Below are positions 62,001 through 64,000 of a stretch of DNA of 64,000 nt, piece by piece (the first letter of the stretch is position 1; each line of letters starts with the position of its first letter). The position numbers and the translations under genes are program-made. Source of the DNA: Verrucomicrobiia bacterium (GTDB taxonomy: Bacteria; Verrucomicrobiota; Verrucomicrobiia; Limisphaerales; UBA11358); the NCBI GenBank assembly GCA_035577265.1, contig DATLVR010000119.1, forward strand, positions 4,353 through 68,352, given 5' to 3'. The notes under the pieces were generated by a model that was not told the origin of the DNA, ran no database searches, and saw only the letters and a list, made by a program, of their open reading frames with translations.

Positions 62001-64000
62001 TCCGGGGTCACTTATACATTGCTGACGAATGGTGTTGCGACGGCTGTAACTGCCAGCGGCACTGGTTCAACCATCAGTTTCCCCCCTCAAACTTTTGCTG
62101 CTACATACACGGTTCAAGGTGGCATTGCCGGGTGCTCCACCCTCGCCATGGTTGGCAGCCCCAATACTGTGACCATTACCCCTACACCAAGCGCTCCGAC
62201 GGGCGTGTCCGCCACGGCGGGTGACAATCAAGTAAGCGTAGGTTGGACACCTCCGGGCGGCCCGGTGACGGGTTATAATGTGTATCGTTCCACCACTTCT
62301 GGGGCCGAGACCTTCTTGGCCAGCGCAGGTTCAAGTCCATATGTTGATGCCACCGCGGCTGATGGCACCCAGTATTTCTACAAAATCACTGCGCTTAATG
62401 GAAGTTGTGAGAGCATTGCTTCTGCGGAGGTTGCCGCGACGCCCAACCCGGCCTACACGGCGTATGTCATCACAGATTCCGCCGGTGGTAATCTGGCCGC
62501 CGGTGGCAGCGATACTTTGACCATCACGGCGATGAACGGTGCCAGCCCTATATCCATCGGCGGCCCGATTGCATTGACCTTTAGCGGGCTGGCCAGTTCG
62601 CCCGGCGGCGCCGCGCCGACGGTGGGCGGCACAGCCTTTGGCGGCGGAAGTGCGATCAAGACCGTTACGTTTAGCAGCGGCGTTGCAACCGTGGACTTGG
62701 TGGCTTACAACGCGGGCGCAGGTCAAACACTGGCTGCGACGGATGGCACCCACAGCACGGCGGATAGTGGCGGCTCGCCCTTGAGCCTGACGGTTTCCCA
62801 AGCTGCCGACAGCGCGTATCGGTTGACCGGCACGGGTTCACCGCAGGTTGGTGTCAATTACACCGTGAATGTTGCCTTGGTGGATCAATACCAAAACGTG
62901 TCAGCCTTCACCGGAAGCACGAACCTGACCTTTAATAATACTTCAACATTGTCGGCGGGCGCGGACGGCTCGGTGGCCACCGTCAATGGTGTGGCTCAGA
63001 ATACTGCGGCCTCGGTCAGCTTTACTTCTGGCACGGGCAGCGCGATTTTGGTCGCGCACAAGGCCGAATCCGGCAAGTCCGTGACCGTGACCGACGGATC
63101 TCTGACTTCATCCACGCCCGGTGGCACCGCTTTAAGTCTCGGGACAATCATCGAAGGTGTTTCGGCGCGATTAGGAATTTCAACCCAGCCTTCCACCACA
63201 GCCTCCACGGGCGCCGCTTTTGCACAACAGCCGGTCATCAAAGTGCTGGATATGTATGGCAACGTCACCACTTCGAATGCACAAGTGACGGCGACGGCCA
63301 GCGCAGGTAATTTGCAGGGACCAGCTATCACCAATGCTGTCAGCGGGACAGCTGCCTTCTCGGGACTGTCGCTGACCAACGTGGGCAACATCACATTGAC
63401 CTTTGCATCCGCCGGAATGACCTCGACGAATTCAGGCGTGATTACCGTGAGCGCAAGCACGGTCGCAGGATTGGCCTGGACGACACAGCCCGGAGAGGTC
63501 GCTTACGGTTCGACGTTCAGCACGCTTCCGGTGCTCAAGACGGTGGATGCTTATGGCAACCCGACAACAGCAGGTTTGCCAACGTATTTGACTGTGACAC
63601 TTTCGCACCCATCTGGCAGCGGGACATTGATAGGCACGACTAATTACAACATCGGCAGCGCAGGCAGCAATGGCATCGTCACATTGTCGGATTTGAAAAT
63701 TGGTGCGGCGGGTTCAGGCAATACGTTGCAGGTTAGCGCCAATATCAATTCTGCAGCTGTCGGGGCGGCAGTTTGGCTGGATGCCAGCGAAGCGGGCACT
63801 GTCGCTGGCAGCTCTCCGGTGACCGCTTGGAATGACATAAGCGGTAATGGTAGAAACTTCTTCCCCATCGGGAATGCGGCAAACGGATCCATTACGAATA
63901 CGGTAACCATCAATGGCCACAAAGTAATGTCGTTTCCCAATAGTGGAAGCGGCCAGTTCATGACCAATGGCACCTATAGTCTTACCACCAATAGCACCAC
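59067..64000 (+). CDS. Giant surface protein, 5' part (>1640 aa, runs off the window): beta-strand repeats, FN3, Big-like repeats, LamG-like start
   Basis: ATG at 59067 gives MKTTQAAGRQISVLLIAFVALFGAINVQAANYTAAISGNWNG. The frame stays open to position 64000, which is why it is missing from the stop-bounded ORF track. LTKVGTGNLTLTGASSYTGNTVVGQGTLQLG is an autotransporter-associated beta-strand repeat. APTGVSATAGDNQVSVGWTPP...YNVYRS...YFYKITALN is an FN3 domain. TTQPGEVAYGSTFSTLPVLKTVDAYGNP is Big-like. AVWLDASEAGTV...TAWNDISGNG is LamG-like. Confidence 0.85.
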   Translation, partial: MKTTQAAGRQISVLLIAFVALFGAINVQAANYTAAISGNWNGDAFAIWGVAKTSQTGTIFVNNTSTSAVVGTGTSFTTTVVVGDSIYAGSTFIGIVGIITDNTHLSLAANSLAGVPAGTAWFSARPPTSSDTVTIPSGKTITIQNSDPRTLGSVILSGQLSVGSGSGSVAVTVGGDMTVNSGGILKLDTQNAQGITYNGNVTNNGATLYSANGSTTYTYAGGTVGSPKYLVGNITNVIAKVTGVYVNLGNLVTGSGQQVTGLQGTGGSLTNLGVIYYGGNAVPSITTLITTNTGSAFICVSGSGQQGFSFSGKYYNLNYGAAGGTPSLASITDIYYNLTLAAGVSTWPSSLNFAGTLLNNTGASSSSSAITMTGNTAIGGSQAITASGVISGSSKSLAKFGTGTATLKPTSTAVETYTGNTVLYGGSLIEDYTGGTITADLINNASALSLGGPAFAFQGGSATFQITGRNAATTLNQTFNGATINPGGYVVTIAGGNAGATFNLHLGTITRSVAGGAVNFTTSGSGTRNIMTTQINNNGIIGPYAIFQGTDFATGSAAGSDTTIAPVSATALPTSGGTSTVNYSLAGSQTQSSDVTGNTLKLTSTTTSQSLALGTANLTVNGLAYSTVNAYTISGSTGILGAGSGNEFIIHQNSAGTLTIGAPLIGANNGRLTKVGTGNLTLTGASSYTGNTVVGQGTLQLGAGGSINNSTSINVLPGATFTVNGTTTTPASQDLAGSGTINGGALTLGASGTIHPGGAGQYGTLTFASGLTLPSTATATFDLDAQQSPQDDQIAVTGTLTCGSANVVINPGPNFGPGTYILATASTAVSGTFNPTVSFASGAGTVTLSYTATSVILKVTSYASCATPALFTVGGGTNCSDSGLTLTLSGSEIGTTYFVRTNGVANGILSNSVSGGALSFPVQTDAGTYTLLASNSCGNTLLMTGSAVVNPAINTAYNLTGGDGCSSPGVIIGLSGSQSGVTYTLLTNGVATAVTASGTGSTISFPPQTFAATYTVQGGIAGCSTLAMVGSPNTVTITPTPSAPTGVSATAGDNQVSVGWTPPGGPVTGYNVYRSTTSGAETFLASAGSSPYVDATAADGTQYFYKITALNGSCESIASAEVAATPNPAYTAYVITDSAGGNLAAGGSDTLTITAMNGASPISIGGPIALTFSGLASSPGGAAPTVGGTAFGGGSAIKTVTFSSGVATVDLVAYNAGAGQTLAATDGTHSTADSGGSPLSLTVSQAADSAYRLTGTGSPQVGVNYTVNVALVDQYQNVSAFTGSTNLTFNNTSTLSAGADGSVATVNGVAQNTAASVSFTSGTGSAILVAHKAESGKSVTVTDGSLTSSTPGGTALSLGTIIEGVSARLGISTQPSTTASTGAAFAQQPVIKVLDMYGNVTTSNAQVTATASAGNLQGPAITNAVSGTAAFSGLSLTNVGNITLTFASAGMTSTNSGVITVSASTVAGLAWTTQPGEVAYGSTFSTLPVLKTVDAYGNPTTAGLPTYLTVTLSHPSGSGTLIGTTNYNIGSAGSNGIVTLSDLKIGAAGSGNTLQVSANINSAAVGAAVWLDASEAGTVAGSSPVTAWNDISGNGRNFFPIGNAANGSITNTVTINGHKVMSFPNSGSGQFMTNGTYSLTTNST

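Noticed and set aside
59289-63973. Minus-strand and off-frame ORFs are listed between 59.2 and 64 kb, for example 60489..61022, 62331..62801 and 62996..63460.
   Set aside because: All of them overlap the single long open frame starting at 59067, which has a signal peptide and repeat/FN3/Big/LamG-like content. They are shadows of a repetitive Gly/Thr/Ala-rich gene.
1-64000. I looked for CRISPR arrays, rRNA genes, intact IS elements or transposases, and toxin-antitoxin or known defence-system genes.
   Set aside because: I found no regularly spaced direct repeats, no rRNA-like conserved stretches, and no transposase, DDE, Cas, restriction or abortive-infection motifs in any frame. The only mobility gene is the integrase stump at 19.4-19.6 kb.

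Overview
This is a mosaic 64-kb window that looks like a PVC-type (Verrucomicrobia/Planctomycetes-like) genome. That placement is an inference from three things. There are several prepilin-type '[24 protein letters not shown]' + H-X9-DG proteins. There are signal-peptide proteins built of autotransporter-associated beta-strand repeats. There is also an integrase remnant starting MKSKFILFRR. Seven blocks can be read by eye. (1) 1-18.5 kb is a very GC-rich glycan-assembly locus. It holds an AMP-ligase, a uronate epimerase, GT2, a methyltransferase, a DegT aminotransferase, a PglC-like transferase, a CapD/PglF dehydratase, GT4, a carbamoyltransferase and a UDP-sugar dehydrogenase. Unusually, it also contains an NRPS-like A-PCP protein whose adenylation domain is split by a luciferase-like monooxygenase, followed by a docking-domain thioesterase with a Cys nucleophile. 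(2) 18.6-19.9 kb is a decay zone with a multiply damaged glmS, an integrase N-terminal stump and a tRNA-like 3' remnant. (3) 20-26 kb is a visibly AT-richer patch of small redox enzymes and regulators, ending in a truncated SDR fused to a coiled-coil gene fragment. (4) 27-28.3 kb holds an ECF sigma factor, tRNA-Ala-like remnants and an outer-membrane-factor gene fragment. (5) 28.5-36.9 kb is a tightly coupled operon: DedA-rhodanese, a hypothetical, a response regulator fused to a CxxC-less TrxR-like domain, a cNMP-binding histidine kinase, STAS-MlaE, MlaF, MlaD and a PqiC-like lipoprotein. About 60-bp direct repeats containing a tRNA-Ala 3' half bound this block. (6) 37-45.6 kb holds CAZyme-like genes, a LuxR-type two-component pair and gene fragments. 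(7) 45.6-64 kb is a surface-protein cluster. It contains a 1300-aa beta-helix/LamG protein, three prepilin-like genes, three tandem beta-strand-repeat paralogues and a giant ORF that runs off the window and is absent from the ORF track. Several of these proteins share a C-terminal module ending FYRLAHP. Six genes here are preceded by the same 19-nt quasi-palindromic upstream motif. No rRNA, CRISPR array, intact tRNA or intact mobile element was found. All family calls rest on motif recognition by eye and need HMM/BLAST confirmation.
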